Shown here one piece after another: positions 50,001-64,000 of a stretch of DNA of 64,000 nucleotides. The position numbers and the translations under genes were made by a program. The notes below the pieces were generated by a model that saw only the letters and a list, made by a program, of their open reading frames with translations, was not told the DNA's origin and searched no databases. Within the stretch, counting starts at the first letter, position 1. Each line of letters opens with the position of its first letter. The stretch covers positions 12,829,812 to 12,893,811 of the forward strand of contig NC_092675.1 in NCBI RefSeq assembly GCF_964355755.1, written 5' to 3'. This DNA comes from Antedon mediterranea. Taxonomy: Eukaryota > Animalia > Echinodermata.

Positions 50001-51500
50001 TCACACAAAACACCAAAGTGCTTAGAATAGCTTCAAATCGCATTTGGAGACGTTTTAGAACATTTTGTGTTTTTCGAAAAAAACTGTTAACATAAAAACA
50101 CCAAAGTGCTTAGAACAGCTTCAAATCGCATTTGGAGACGTTTTAGAACATTTTGTGTTCTTCGAAAAAACCTGTTAACATAAAAACACCAAAGTGCTTA
50201 GAATAGCTTCAAATCGCATTTGGAGACGTTTTAGACCATTTTTTGATTTTTGAAAAAACTTGTTAACATGAAAACACCAAAGTGCTTAGAATAGCTTCAA
50301 ATCACATTTGGAGACGTTTTAGACCATTTTGTGATTTTCGAAAAAACTTGTTAACATAAAAACACGAAAGTGGTTAGAATAGCTTCAAATCGCATTTGGA
50401 AACGTTTTAGACCATTTTGTGATTTTCGAAAAAGATTGTTAACATAAAAACACCAAAGTGCTTATAATCACAATATAAACCGTTTTAGACCATTTTGAGC
50501 ATTTCGATAACAATTTTCACACAAAAACATCAAAGAGCACAAAATAGCTTAATATCGTATTTAAAAATGTTTTAGACCATTTTGAGCATTTAGATAAAAC
50601 TTTTTCACACAAAACACCAAAGTGCTTAGAATAGCTTCAAATCGCATTTGGAGACGGTTTAGACCATTTTGTGATTTTGAAAAAACTTGTTAACATAAAA
50701 ACACCAAAGTGCTTAGAATAGCTTCAAATCGCATTTGGAGACGTTTTAGACCATTTTGTGATTTTCGAAAGAACTTGTTAACATAAAAACACCAAAGTGC
50801 TTAGAATAGCTTCAAATCGTATTTGGAGACGTTTTAGACCATTTTGAGATTTTCGAAAAAACTTGGTTACACAAAAACATCAAAGTGCTTAAAATCACAT
50901 TATAAACCGTTTTAGACCATTTTGAACATTTCGATAACACTTTTCACACAAAAACATCAAAGAGCACAAAATAGCTTAATATCGTATTTAAAAACGTTTT
51001 AGACCATTTTGAGCATTTCGACAAAACTTTTTCAAACAAAACACCAAAGTGCTTAGAATAGCTTCAAATCGCATTTGGAGACGTTTTAGACCAATTTGTG
51101 CATTTCGATGAAACTTGATTACACAAAAACATCAACGTGCTTAAAATCACATTATAAACCGTTTTAGACCATTTTGAGCATTTCGATAACACTTTTCACA
51201 CAAAAACATCAAAGAGCACAAAATAGCTTAATATCGTATTTAAAAACGTTTTAGACCATTTTTTGAGCATTTAGACAAAACTTTTTCACACAAAACACCA
51301 AAGTGCTTAGAATAGCTTCAAATCGCATTTGGAGACGTTTTAGACCATTTTGTGCATTTCGATGAAACTTGGTTACACAAAAACATCAAAGTGCTTAAAA
51401 TGACATTATAAATCGTTTTAGACCATTTTGAGCATTTCGACAAAACTTTTTCACACAAAATACCAAAGGGCTTCAAATCGCATTTGGAGACGTTTTAGAC
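47095..51500 (+). repeat. Second 1980-bp tandem doublet, a copy of the block at the window start (offset 47004)
   Basis: Lines 47101-49080 match 49081-51060; copy-specific SNPs 'tatagaccg' (1921/48925) and 'gaacagc' (3112/50116) match at offset 47004. Confidence 0.9.
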
Positions 51501-54500
51501 CATTTTGTGATTTTTGAAAAAACTTGTTAACATAAAAACACCAAAGTGTTAGAATAGCTTCAAATCACATTTGGAGACGTTTCAGACCATTTTGTGATTT
51601 TCGAAAAAACTTGTTAACATAAAAACACGAAAGTGCTTAGAATAGCTTCAAATCGAATTTGGAAACGTTTTAGACCATTTTGTGATTTTCGAAAAAACTT
51701 GTTAACATAAAAACACGAAAGTGCTTAGAATAGCTTCAAATCGCATTTGGAAACGTTTTAGACCATTTTGTGATTTTCGAAAAAAATTGTTAACATAAAA
51801 ACACCAAAGTGTTTGGAATAGCTTCAAATCGCATTTGGAGACGTTTTAGACCAATTTGTGATTTTCGAAAAAACTTATCAACATAAAAACACCAAAGGGT
51901 TTAGAATAGCTTCAAATCGCATTTGGAGACGTTTTAGACCATTTTGTGATTTTGAAAAAACTTGTTAACATAAAAACACCAAAGTGCTTAGAATAGCTTC
52001 AAATCGCATTTGGAGACGTTTTAGACCATTTTGTGATTTTCGAAAAAACTTGTTAACATAAAAACACCAAAGTGCTTAGAATAGCTTCAAATCGTATTTG
52101 GAGACGTTTTAGACCATTTTGAGATTTTCGAAAAAACTTGGTTACACAAAAACATCAAAGTGCTTAAAATCACATTATAAACGGTTTTAGACCATTTTGA
52201 GCATTTCGATAACACTTTTCACACAAAAACATCAAAGAGCACAAAATAGCTTAATATCGTATTTAAAAACGTTTTAGACCATTTTGAGCATTTCGACAAA
52301 ACTTTTTCACACAAAACACCAAAGTGCTTAGAATAGCTTCAAATCGCATTTGGAGACGTTTTAGACCAATTTGTGCATTTCGATGAAACTTGATTACACA
52401 AAAACATCAAAGTGCTTAAAATCACATTATAAACCGTTTTAGACCATTTTGAGCATTTCGATAACACTTTTCACACAAAAACATCAAAGAGCACAAAATA
52501 GCTTAATATCGTATTTAAAAACGTTTTAGACCATTTTGAGCATTTAGACAAAACTTTTTCACACAAAACACCAAAGTGCTTAGAATAGCTTCAAATCGCA
52601 TTTGGAGACGTTTTAGAACATTTTGTGTTTTTCGAAAAAAACTGTTAACATAAAAACACCAAAGTGCTTAGAATAGCTTCAAATCGCATTTGGAGACGTT
52701 TTAGAACATTTTGTGTTCGTCGAAAAAACCTGTTAACATAAAAACACCAAAGTGCTTAGAATAGCTTCAAATCGCATTTGGAGACGTTTTAGACCATTTT
52801 GTGATTTTTGAAAAAACTTGTTAACATAAAAACACCAAAGTGCTTAGAATAGCTTCAAATCACATTTGGAGACGTTTTAGACCATTTTGTGATTTTCGAA
52901 AAAACTTGTTAACATAAAAACACGAAAGTGCTTAGAATAGCTTCAAATCGCATTTGGAAACGTTTTAGACCATTTTGTGATTTTCGAAAAAGATTGTTAA
53001 CATAAAAACACCAAAGTGCTTAGAATCACAATATAAACCGTTTTAGACCATTTTGAGCATTTCGATAACAATTTTCACACAAAAACATCAAAGAGCACAA
53101 AATAGCTTAATATCGTATTTAAAAATGTTTTAGACCATTTTGAGCATTTAGATAAAACTTTTTCACACAAAACACCAAAGTGCTTAGAATAGCTTCAAAT
53201 CGCATTTGGAGACGGTTTAGACCATTTTGTGATTTTGAAAAAACTTGTTAACATAAAAACACCAAAGTGCTTAGAATAGCTTCAAATCGCATTTGGAGAC
53301 GTTTTAGACCATTTTGTGATTTTCGAAAGAACTTGTTAACATAAAAACACCAAAGTGCTTAGAATAGCTTCAAATCGTATTTGGAGACGTTTTAGACCAT
53401 TTTGAGATTTTCGAAAAAACTTGGTTACACAAAAACATCAAAGTGCTTAAAATCACATTATAAACCGTTTTAGACCATTTTGAACATTTCGATAACACTT
53501 TTCACACAAAAACATCAAAGAGCACAAAATAGCTTAATATCGTATTTAAAAACGTTTTAGACCATTTTGAGCATTTCGACAAAACTTTTTCACACAAAAC
53601 ACCAAAGTGCTTAGAATAGCTTCAAATCGCATTTGGAGACGTTTTAGACCAATTTGTGCATTTCGATGAAACTTGATTACACAAAAACATCAACGTGCTT
53701 AAAATCACATTATAAACCGTTTTAGACCATTTTGAGCATTTCGATAACACTTTTCACACAAAAACATCAAAGAGCACAAAATAGCTTAATATCGTATTTA
53801 AAAATGTTTTAGACCATTTTTTGAGCATTTAGACAAAACTTTTTCACACAAAACACCAAAGTGCTTAGAATAGCTTCAAATCGCATTTGGAGACGTTTTA
53901 GACCATTTTGTGATTTTCGAAAAAACTTATCAACATAAAAACACCAAAGGGTTTAGAATAGCTTCAAATCGCATTTGGAGACGTTTTAGACCATTTTGTG
54001 ATTTTTGAAAAAACTTGTTAACATAAAAACACCAAAGTGCTTAGAATAGCTTCAAATCACATTTGGAGACGTTTTAGACCATTTTGTGATTTTCGAAAAA
54101 ACTTGTTAACATAAAAACACGAAAGTGCTTAGAATAGCTTCAAATCGCATTTGGAAACGTTTTAGACCATTTTGTGATTTTCGAAAAAGATTGTTAACAT
54201 AAAAACACCAAAGTGCTTAGAATCACAATATAAACCGTTTTAGACCATTTTGAGCATTTCGATAACAATTTTCACACAAAAACATCAAAGAGCACAAAAT
54301 AGCTTAATATCGTATTTAAAAATGTTTTAGACCATTTTGAGCATTTAGATAAAATTTTTCACACAAAACACCAAAGTGCTTAGAATAGCTTCAAATCGCA
54401 TTTGGAGACGGTTTAGACCATTTTGTGATTTTGAAAAAACTTGTTAACATAAAAACACCAAAGTGCTTAGAATAGCTTCAAATCACATTTGGAGACGTTT

Positions 54501-55394
54501 TAGACCATTTTGTGATTTTGAACAAACTTGTTAACATAAAAACACCAAAGTGCTTAGAATAGCTTCAAATCGTATTTGGAGACGTTTTAGACCATTTTGA
54601 GATTTTCGAAAAAACTTGGTTACACAAAAACATCAAAGTGCTTAAAATCACATTATAAACCGTTTTAGACCATTTTGAGCATTTCGATAACACTTTTCAC
54701 ACAAAAACATCAAAGAGCACAAAATAGCTTAATATCGTATTTAAAAACGTTTTAGACCATTTTGAGCATTTCGACAAAACTTTTTCACACAAAACACCAA
54801 AGTGCTTAGAATAGCTTCAAATCGCATTTGGAGACGTTTTAGACCAATTTGTGCATTTCGATGAAACTTGATTACACAAAAACATCAAAGTGCTTAAAAT
54901 CACATTATAAAACGTTTTAGACCATTTTGAGCATTTCGATAACACTTTTCACACAAAAACATCAAAGAGCACAAAATAGCTTAATATCGTATTTAAAAAC
55001 GTTTTAGACCATTTTGAGCATTTAGACAAAACTTTTTCACACAAAACACCAAAGTGCTTAGAATAGCTTCAAATCGCATTTGGAGACGTTTTAGACCATT
55101 TTGTGCATTTCGATGAAACTTGGTTACACAAAAACATCAAAGTGCTTAAAATCACATTATAAATCGTTTTAGACCATTTTGAGCATTTCGACAAAACTTT
55201 TTCACACAAAATACCAAAGTGCTTAGAATAGCTTCAAATCGCATTTGGAGACGTTTTAGACCATTTTGTGATTTTCGAAAAAACTTTTTAACATAAAAAC
55301 ACCAAAGTGCTTAGAATAGCTTCAAATCACATTTGGAGACATTTTAGACCATTTTGTGATTTTCGATAAAACTTGTTAACATAAAAACACGAAG

Positions 55395-57745
55395 TTCTTA
55401 GAATAGCTTCAAATCGCATTTGGAAACGTTTTAGACCATTTTGTGATTTTCGAAAAAAATTGTTAACATAAAAACACCAAAGTGCTTAGAATCACATTAT
55501 AAACCGTTTTAGACCATTTTGAGCATTTCGATAACAATTTTCACACAAAAACATCAAAGAGCACAAAATAGCTTAATATCGTATTTAAAAATGTTTTAGA
55601 CCATTTTGAGCATTTAGATAAAACTTTTTCACACAAAACACCAAAGTGCTTAGAATAGCTTCAAATCGCATTTGGAGACGTTTTAGACCATTTTGTGATT
55701 TTTGAAAAAACTTGTTAACATAAAAACACCAAAGTGCTTAGAATAGCTTCAAATCACATTTGGAGACGTTTTAGACCATTTTGTGATTTTCGAAAAAACT
55801 TGTTAACATAAAAACACGAAAGTGCTTAGAATAGCTTCAAATCGCATTTGGAAACGTTTTAGACCATTTTGTGATTTTCGAAAAAACTTGTTAACATAAA
55901 AACACGAAAGTGCTTAGAATAGCTTCAAATCGCATTTGGAAACGTTTTAGACCATTTTGTGATTTTCGAAAAAACTTGTTAACATAAAAACACGAAAGTG
56001 CTTAGAATAGCTTCAAATCGCATTTGGAAACGTTTTAGACCATTTTGTGATTTTCGAAAAAAAATTGTTAACATAAAAACACCAAAGTGTTTAGAATAGC
56101 TTCAAATCGCATTTGGAGACGTTTTAGACCAATTTGTGATTTTCGAAAAAACTTATCAACATAAAAACACCAAAGGGTTTAGAATAGCTTCAAATCGCAT
56201 TTGGAGACGTTTTAGACCATTTTGTGATTTTGAAAAAACTTGTTAACATAAAAACACCAAAGTGCTTAGAATAGCTTCAAATCGCATTTGGAGACGTTTT
56301 AGACCATTTTGTGATTTTCGAAAAAACTTGTTAACATAAAAACACCAAAGTGCTTAGAATAGCTTCAAATCGTATTTGGAGACGTTTTAGACCATTTTGA
56401 GATTTTCGAAAAAACTTGGTTACACAAAAACATCAAAGTGCTTAAAATCACATTATAAACCGTTTTAGACCATTTTGAGCATTTCGGTAACACTTTTCAC
56501 ACAAAAACATCAAAGAGCACAAAATAGCTTAATATCGTATTTAAAAACGTTTTAGACCATTTTGAGCCTTTAGACAAAACTTTTTCACACAAAACACCAA
56601 AGTGCTTAGAATAGCTTCAAATCGCATTTGGAGACGTTTTAGACCATTTTGTGCATTTCGATGAAACTTGGTTACACAAAAACATCAAAGTGCTTAAAAT
56701 CACATTATAAATCGTTTTAGACCATTTTGAGCATTTCGACAAAACTTTTTCACACAAAATACCAAAGTGCTTAGAATAGCTTCAAATCGCATTTGGAGAC
56801 GTTTTAGACCATTTTGTGATTTTCGAAAAAACTTTTTAACATAAAAACACCAAAGTGCTTAGAATAGCTTCAAATCACATTTGGAGACGTTTTAGACCAT
56901 AAGTGCTTAGAATCACATTATAAACCGTTTTAGACCATTTTGAGCATTTCGATAACAATTTTCACACAAAAACATCAAAGAGCACAAAATAGCTTAATAT
57001 CGTATTTAAAAATGTTTTAGACCATTTTGAGCATTTAGATAAAACTTTTTCACACAAAACACCAAAGTGCTTAGAATAGCTTCAAATCGCATTTGGAGAC
57101 GTTTTAGACCATTTTGTGATTTTTGAAAAAACTTGTTAACATAAAAACACCAAAGTGCTTAGAATAGCTTCAAATCACATTTGGAGACGTTTTAGACCAT
57201 TTTGTGATTTTCGAAAAAACTTGTTAACATAAAAACACGAAAGTGCTTAGAATAGCTTCAAATCGCATTTGGAAACGTTTTAGACCATTTAGTGATTTTC
57301 GAAAAAACTTGTTAACATAAAAACACGAAAGTGCTTAGAATAGCTTCAAATCGCATTTGGAAACGTTTTAGACCATTTTGTGATTTTCGAAAAAAATTGT
57401 TAACATAAAAACACCAAAGTGTTTAGAATAGCTTCAAATCGCATTTGGAGACGTTTTAGACCAATTTGTGATTTTCGAAAAAACTTATCAACATAAAAAC
57501 ACCAAAGGGTTTAGAATAGCTTCAAATCGCATTTGGAGACGTTTTAGACCATTTTGTGATTTTCGAAAAAACTTGTTAACATAAAAACACGAAAGTGCTT
57601 AGAATAGCTTCAAATCGCATTTGGAAACGTTTTAGACCATTTTGTGATTTTCGGAAAAACTTGTTAACATAAAAACATGAAAGTGCTTAGAATAGCTTCA
57701 AATCGTATTTGGAGACGTTTTAGACCATTTTGTGATTTTCGAAAA
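55395..57745 (+). repeat. Dispersed ~2.3-kb copy of ~11660-14010 (offset ~43735)
   Basis: Shared 8-A run (12322/56057), 'tcggtaac' (12751/56486), 'gagccttt' (12829/56564) and 'catttagtg'. Confidence 0.85.
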
Positions 57746-60700
57746 AAACTGTTAACATAAAAACACCAAAGTGCTTAGAATAGCTTCAAATCGCATTTGG
57801 AGATGTTTTAGAACATTTTGTGTTCTTCGAAAAAACCTGTTAACATAAAAACACCAAAGTGCTTAGAATAGCTTCAAATCGCATTTGGAGACGTTTTAGA
57901 CCATTTTGTGATTTTTGAAAAAACTTGTTAACATAAAAACACCAAAGTGCTTAGAATAGCTTCAAATCACATTTGGAGACGTTTTAGACCATTTTGTGAT
58001 TTTCGAAAAAACTTGTTAACATAAAAACACGAAAGTGGTTAGAATAGCTTCAAATCGCATTTGGAAACGTTTTAGACCATTTTGTGATTTTCGAAAAAGA
58101 TTGTTAACATAAAAACACCAAAGTGCTTAGAATCACAATATAAACCGTTTTAGACCATTTTGAGCATTTCGATAACAATTTTCACACAAAAACATCAAAG
58201 AGCACAAAATAGCTTAATATCGTATTTAAAAATGTTTTAGACCATTTTGAGCATTTAGATAAAACTTTTTCACACAAAACACCAAAGTGCTTAGAATAGC
58301 TTCAAATCGCATTTGGAGACGGTTTAGACCATTTTGTGATTTTGAAAAAAACTTGTTAACATAAAAACACCAAAGTGCTTAGAATAGCTTCAAATCGCAT
58401 TTGGAGACGTTTTAGACCATTTTGTGATTTTCGAAAGAACTTGTTAACATAAAAACACCAAAGTGCTTAAAATAGCTTCAAATCGTATTTGGAGACGTTT
58501 TAGACCATTTTGAGATTTTCGAAAAAACTTGGTTACACAAAAACATCAAAGTGCTTAAAATCACATTATAAACCGTTTTAGACCATTTTGAACATTTCGA
58601 TAACACTTTTCACACAAAAACATCAAAGAGCACAAAATAGCTTAATATCGTATTTAAAAACGTTTTAGACCATTTTGAGCATTTCGACAAAACTTTTTCA
58701 CACAAAACACCAAAGTGCTTAGAATAGCTTCAAATCGCATTTGGAGACGTTTTAGACCAATTTGTGCATTTCGATGAAACTTGATTACACAAAAACATCA
58801 ACGTGCTTAAAATCACATTATAAACCGTTTTAGACCATTTTGAGCATTTCGATAACACTTTTCACACAAAAACATCAAAGAGCACAAAATAGCTTAATAT
58901 CGTATTTAAAAACGTTTTAGACCATTTTTTGAGCATTTAGACAAAACTTTTTCACACAAAACACCAAAGTGCTTAGAATAGCTTCAAATCGCATTTGGAG
59001 ACGTTTTAGACCATTTTGTGATTTTCGAAAAAACTTATCAACATAAAAACACCAAAGGGTTTAGAATAGCTTCAAATCGCATTTGGAGACGTTTTAGACC
59101 ATTTTGTGATTTTTGAAAAAACTTGTTAACATAAAAACACCAAAGTGCTTAGAATAGCTTCAAATCACATTTGGAGACGTTTTAGACCATTTTGTGATTT
59201 TCGAAAAAACTTGTTAACATAAAAACACGAAAGTGCTTAGAATAGCTTCAAATCGCATTTGGAAACGTTTTAGACCATTTTGTGATTTTCGAAAAAGATT
59301 GTTAACATAAAAACACCAAAGTGCTTAGAATCACAATATAAACCGTTTTAGACCATTTTGAGCATTTCGATAACAATTTTCACACAAAAACATCAAAGAG
59401 CACAAAATAGCTTAATATCGTATTTAAAAATGTTTTAGACCATTTTGAGCATTTAGATAAAATTTTTCACACAAAACACCAAAGTGCTTAGAATAGCTTC
59501 AAATCGCATTTGGAGACGGTTTAGACCATTTTGTGATTTTGAAAAAACTTGTTAACATAAAAACACCAAAGTGCTTAGAATAGCTTCAAATCGCATTTGG
59601 AGACGTTTTAGACCATTTTGTGATTTTTGAAAAAACTTGTTAACATAAAAACACCAAAGTGCTTAGAATAGCTTCAAATCGTATTTGGAGACGTTTTAGA
59701 CCATTTTGAGATTTTCGAAAAAACTTGGTTACACAAAAACATCAAAGTGCTTAAAATCACATTATAAACCGTTTTAGACCATTTTGAACATTTCGATAAC
59801 ACTTTTCACACAAAAACATCAAAGAGCACAAAATAGCTTAATATCGTATTTAAAAACGTTTTAGACCATTTTGAGCATTTCGACAAAACTTTTTCACACA
59901 AAACACCAAAGTGCTTAGAATAGCTTCAAATCGCATTTGGAGACGTTTTAGACCAATTTGTGCATTTCGATGAAACTTGATTACACAAAAACATCAACGT
60001 GCTTAAAATCACATTATAAACCGTTTTAGACCATTTTGAGCATTTCGATAACACTTTTCACACAAAAACATCAAAGAGCACAAAATAGCTTAATATCGTA
60101 TTTAAAAACGTTTTAGACCATTTTGAGCATTTAGACAAAACTTTTTCACACAAAACACCAAAGTGCTTAGAATAGCTTCAAATCGCATTTGGAGACGTTT
60201 TAGACCATTTTGTGCATTTCGATGAAACTTGGTTACACAAAAACATCAAAGTGCTTAAAATCACATTATAAATCGTTTTAGACCATTTTGAGCATTTCGA
60301 CAAAACTTTTTCACACAAAATACCAAAGGGCTTAGAATAGCTTCAAATCGCATTTGGAGACGTTTTAGACCATTTTGTGATTTTCGAAAAAACTTTTTAA
60401 CATAAAAAGACCAAAGTGCTTAGAATAGCTTCAAATCACATTTGGAGACGTTTTAGACCATTTTGTGATTTTCGAAAAAACTTGTTAACATAAAAACACG
60501 AAAGTGCTTAGAATAGCTTCAAATCGCATTTGGAAACGTTTTAGACCATTTTGTGATTTTCGAAAAAAATTGTTAACATAAAAACACCAAAGTGCTTAGA
60601 ATCACATTATAAACCGTTTTATACCATTTTGAGCATTTCGATAACAATTTTCACACAAAAACATCAAAGAGCACAAAATAGCTTAATATCGTATTTAAAA

Positions 60701-63700
60701 ATGTTTTAGACCATTTTGAGCATTTAGATAAAACTTTTTCACACAAAACACCAAAGTGCTTAGAATAGCTTCAAATCGCATTTTGAGACGTTTTAGACCA
60801 TTTTGTGATTTTTGAAAAAACTTGTTAACATAAAAACACCAAAGTGCTTAGAATAGCTTCAAATCACATTTGGAGACGTTTTAGACCATTTTGTGATTTT
60901 CGAAAAAACTTATCAACATAAAAACACCAAAGGGTTTAGAATAGCTTCAAATCGCATTTGGAGACGTTTTAGACCATTTTGTGATTTTGAAAAAACTTGT
61001 TAACATAAAAACACCAAAGTGCTTAGAATAGCTTCAAATCGCATTTGGAGACGTTTTAGACTATTTTGTGATTTTCGAAAAAACTTGTTAACATAAAAAC
61101 ACCAAAGTGCTTAGAATAGCTTCAAATCGTATTTGGAGACGTTTTAGACCATTTTGAGATTTTCGAAAAAACTTGGTTACACAAAAACATCAAAGTGCTT
61201 AAAATCACATTATAAACCGTTTTAGACCATTTTGAGAATTTCGATAACACTTTTCACACAAAAACATCAAAGAGCACAAAATAGCTTAATATCGTATTTA
61301 AAAACGTTTTAGACCATTTTGAGCATTTCGACAAAACTTTTTCACACAAAACACCAAAGTGCTTAGAATAGCTTCAAATCGCATTTGGAGACGTTTTAGA
61401 CCAATTTGTGCATTTCGATGAAACTTGATTACACAAAAACATCAAAGTGCTTAAAATCACATTATAAACCGTTTTAGACCATTTTGAGCATTTCGATAAC
61501 ACTTTTCACACAAAAACATCAAAGAGCACAAAATAGCTTAATATCGTATTTAAAAACGTTTTAGACCATTTTGAGCATTTAGACAAAACTTTTTCACACA
61601 AAACACCAAAGTGCTTAGAATAGCTTCAAATCGCATTTGGAGACGTTTTAGACCATTTTGTGCATTTCGATGAAACTTGGTTACACAAAAACATCAAAGT
61701 GCTTAAAATCACATTATAAATCGTTTTAGACCATTTTGAGCATTTCGACAAAACTTTTTCACACAAAATACCAAAGTGCTTAGAATAGCTTCAAATCGCA
61801 TTTTGAGACGTTTTAGACCATTTTGTGATTTTCGAAAAAACTTTTTAACATAAAAACACCAAAGTGCTTAGAATAGCTTCAAATCACATTTGGAGACATT
61901 TTAGACCAAAAGTGCTTAGAATCACATTATAAACCGTTTTAGACCATTTTGAGCATTTCGATAACAATTTTCACACAAAAACATCAAAGAGCACAAAATA
62001 GCTTAATATCGTATTTAAAAATGTTTTAGACCATTTTGAGCATTTAGATAAAACTTTTTCACACAAAACACCAAAGTGCTTAGAATAGCTTCAAATCGCA
62101 TTTGGAGACGTTTTAGACCATTTTGTGATTTTTGAAAAAACTTGTTAACATAAAAACACCAAAGTGTTAGAATAGCTTCAAATCACATTTGGAGACGTTT
62201 CAGACCATTTTGTGATTTTCGAAAAAACTTGTTAACAAAAAAACACGAAAGTGCTTAGAATAGCTTCAAATCGAATTTGGAAACGTTTTAGACCATTTTG
62301 TGATTTTCGAAAAAACTTGTTAACATAAAAACACGAAAGTGCTTAGAATAGCTTCAAATCGCATTTGGAAACGTTTTAGACCATTTTGTGATTTTCGATA
62401 AAAATTGTTAACATAAAAACACCAAAGTGTTTAGAATAGCTTCAAATCGCATTTGGAGACGTTTTAGACCAATTTGTGATTTTCGAAAAAACTTATCAAC
62501 ATAAAAACACCAAAGGGTTTAGAATAGCTTCAAATCGCATTTGGAGACGTTTTAGACCATTTTGTGATTTTGAAAAAACTTGTTAACATAAAAACACCAA
62601 AGTGCTTAGAATAGCTTCAAATCGCATTTGGAGACGTTTTAGACCATTTTGTGATTTTCGAAAAAACTTGTTAACATAAAAACACCAAAGTGCTTAGAAT
62701 AGCTTCAAATCGTATTTGGAGACGTTTTAGACCATTTTGAGATTTTCGAAAAAACTTGGTTACACAAAAACATCAAAGTGCTTAAAATCACATTATAAAC
62801 CGTTTTAGACCATTTTGAGCATTTCGATAACACTTTTCACACAAAAACATCAAAGAGCACAAAATAGCTTAATATCGTATTTAAAAACGTTTTAGACCAT
62901 TTTGAGCATTTCGACAAAACTTTTTCACACAAAACACCAAAGTGCTTAGAATAGCTTCAAATCGCATTTGGAGACGTTTTAGACCAATTTGTGCTTTTCG
63001 ATGAAACTTGATTTGCTTAGAATAGCTTCAAATCACATTTGGAGACGTTTTAGACCATTTTGTGATTTTCGAAAAAACTTGTTAACATAAAAACACGAAA
63101 GTGCTTAGAATCACATTATAAACCGTTTTAGACCATTTTGAGCATTTCGATAACAATTTTCACACAAAAACATCAAAGAGCACAAAATAGCTTAATATCG
63201 TATTTAAAAATGTTTTAGACCATTTTGAGCATTTAGAAAAAACTTTTTCACACAAAACACCAAAGTGCTTAGAATAGCTTCAAATCGTATTTGGAGACGT
63301 TTTAGACCATTTTGAGATTTTCGAAAAAACTTGGTTACACAAAAATATCAAAGTGCTTAAAATCACATTATAAACCGTTTTAGACCATTTTGAGCATTTC
63401 GATAACACTTTTCACACAAAAACATCAAAGAGCACAAAATAGCTTAATATCGTATTTAAAAACGTTTTAGACCATTTTGAGCATTTCGACAAAACTTTTT
63501 CACACAAAACACCAAAGTGCTTAGAATAGCTTCAAATCGCATTTGGAGACGTTTTAGACCAATTTGTGCATTTCGATGAAACTTGGTTACACAAAAACAT
63601 CAAAGTGCTTAAAATCACATTATAAATCGTTTTAGACCATTTTGAGCATTTCGATAACACTTTTCACACAAAAACATCAAAGAGCACAAAATAGCTTAAT

Positions 63701-64000
63701 ATCTTATTTAAAAACGTTTTAGACCATTTTGAGCATTTAGACAAAACTTTTTCACACAAAACACCAAAGTGCTTAGAATAGCTTCAAATCGCATTTGGAG
63801 ACGTTTTAGACCATTTTGTGATTTTCAAAAAAACTTGTTAACATAAAAACACCAAAGTGCTTAGAATAGCTTCAAATCGTATTTGGAGACGTTTTAGACC
63901 ATTTTGTGATTTTCGAAAAAACTTGTAAACATAAAAACACCAAAGTGCTTAGAATAGCTTCAAATCGCATTTGGAGACATTTTAGACCAATTTGTGATTT

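Larger units (their letters stand above)
1..64000 (+). repeat. Tandem satellite DNA array, 88-bp basic monomer family, running off both window ends
   Basis: The core 'gttttagaccattttg' and head 'aaagtgctta' recur every 77-89 bp from base 1 to 64000 in one orientation; e.g. monomer starts at 691, 779, 867, 944, 1031. No non-repeat sequence was seen. Confidence 0.99.

Noticed and set aside
1-64000. A single fixed-period HOR, inversions or transposon insertions
   Set aside because: Observed periods differ by region (176, 252, 505, 564, 1421, 1980, ~5000 bp). No reverse-complement monomers or foreign sequence were seen by eye, although a very short one could have been missed.

Overview
The whole 64 kb window is one uninterrupted, head-to-tail, single-orientation AT-rich satellite DNA array (consensus monomer 28/88 G+C, about 32% GC; roughly 750 monomers). 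I found no genes, transposons, unique spacers or inversions. The basic unit is an 88-bp monomer (A: aaagtgcttagaatagcttcaaatcgcatttggagacgttttagaccattttgtgattttcgaaaaaacttgttaacataaaaacacc). Diverged subtypes are B (77 bp), C (87 bp), D (88 bp), a B/C fusion (77 bp), an 89-bp variant and several deletion variants. The subtypes follow a strong ordering rule (runs of A, then a B-C cassette). They are amplified as irregular, nested higher-order blocks of about 0.18-5.4 kb, both tandem and up to 47 kb apart. Notable features: the monomer is built on a ~10-bp period; several deletions are multiples of 10 bp; many common variants are CpG transitions; and there are SNP mosaics between duplicated blocks. 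This looks like eukaryotic centromeric/pericentromeric-type heterochromatin, but neither the organism nor the function can be established from the sequence. The seven ORFs supplied are translations of the repeat. All alignments were done by eye, so block boundaries are approximate.
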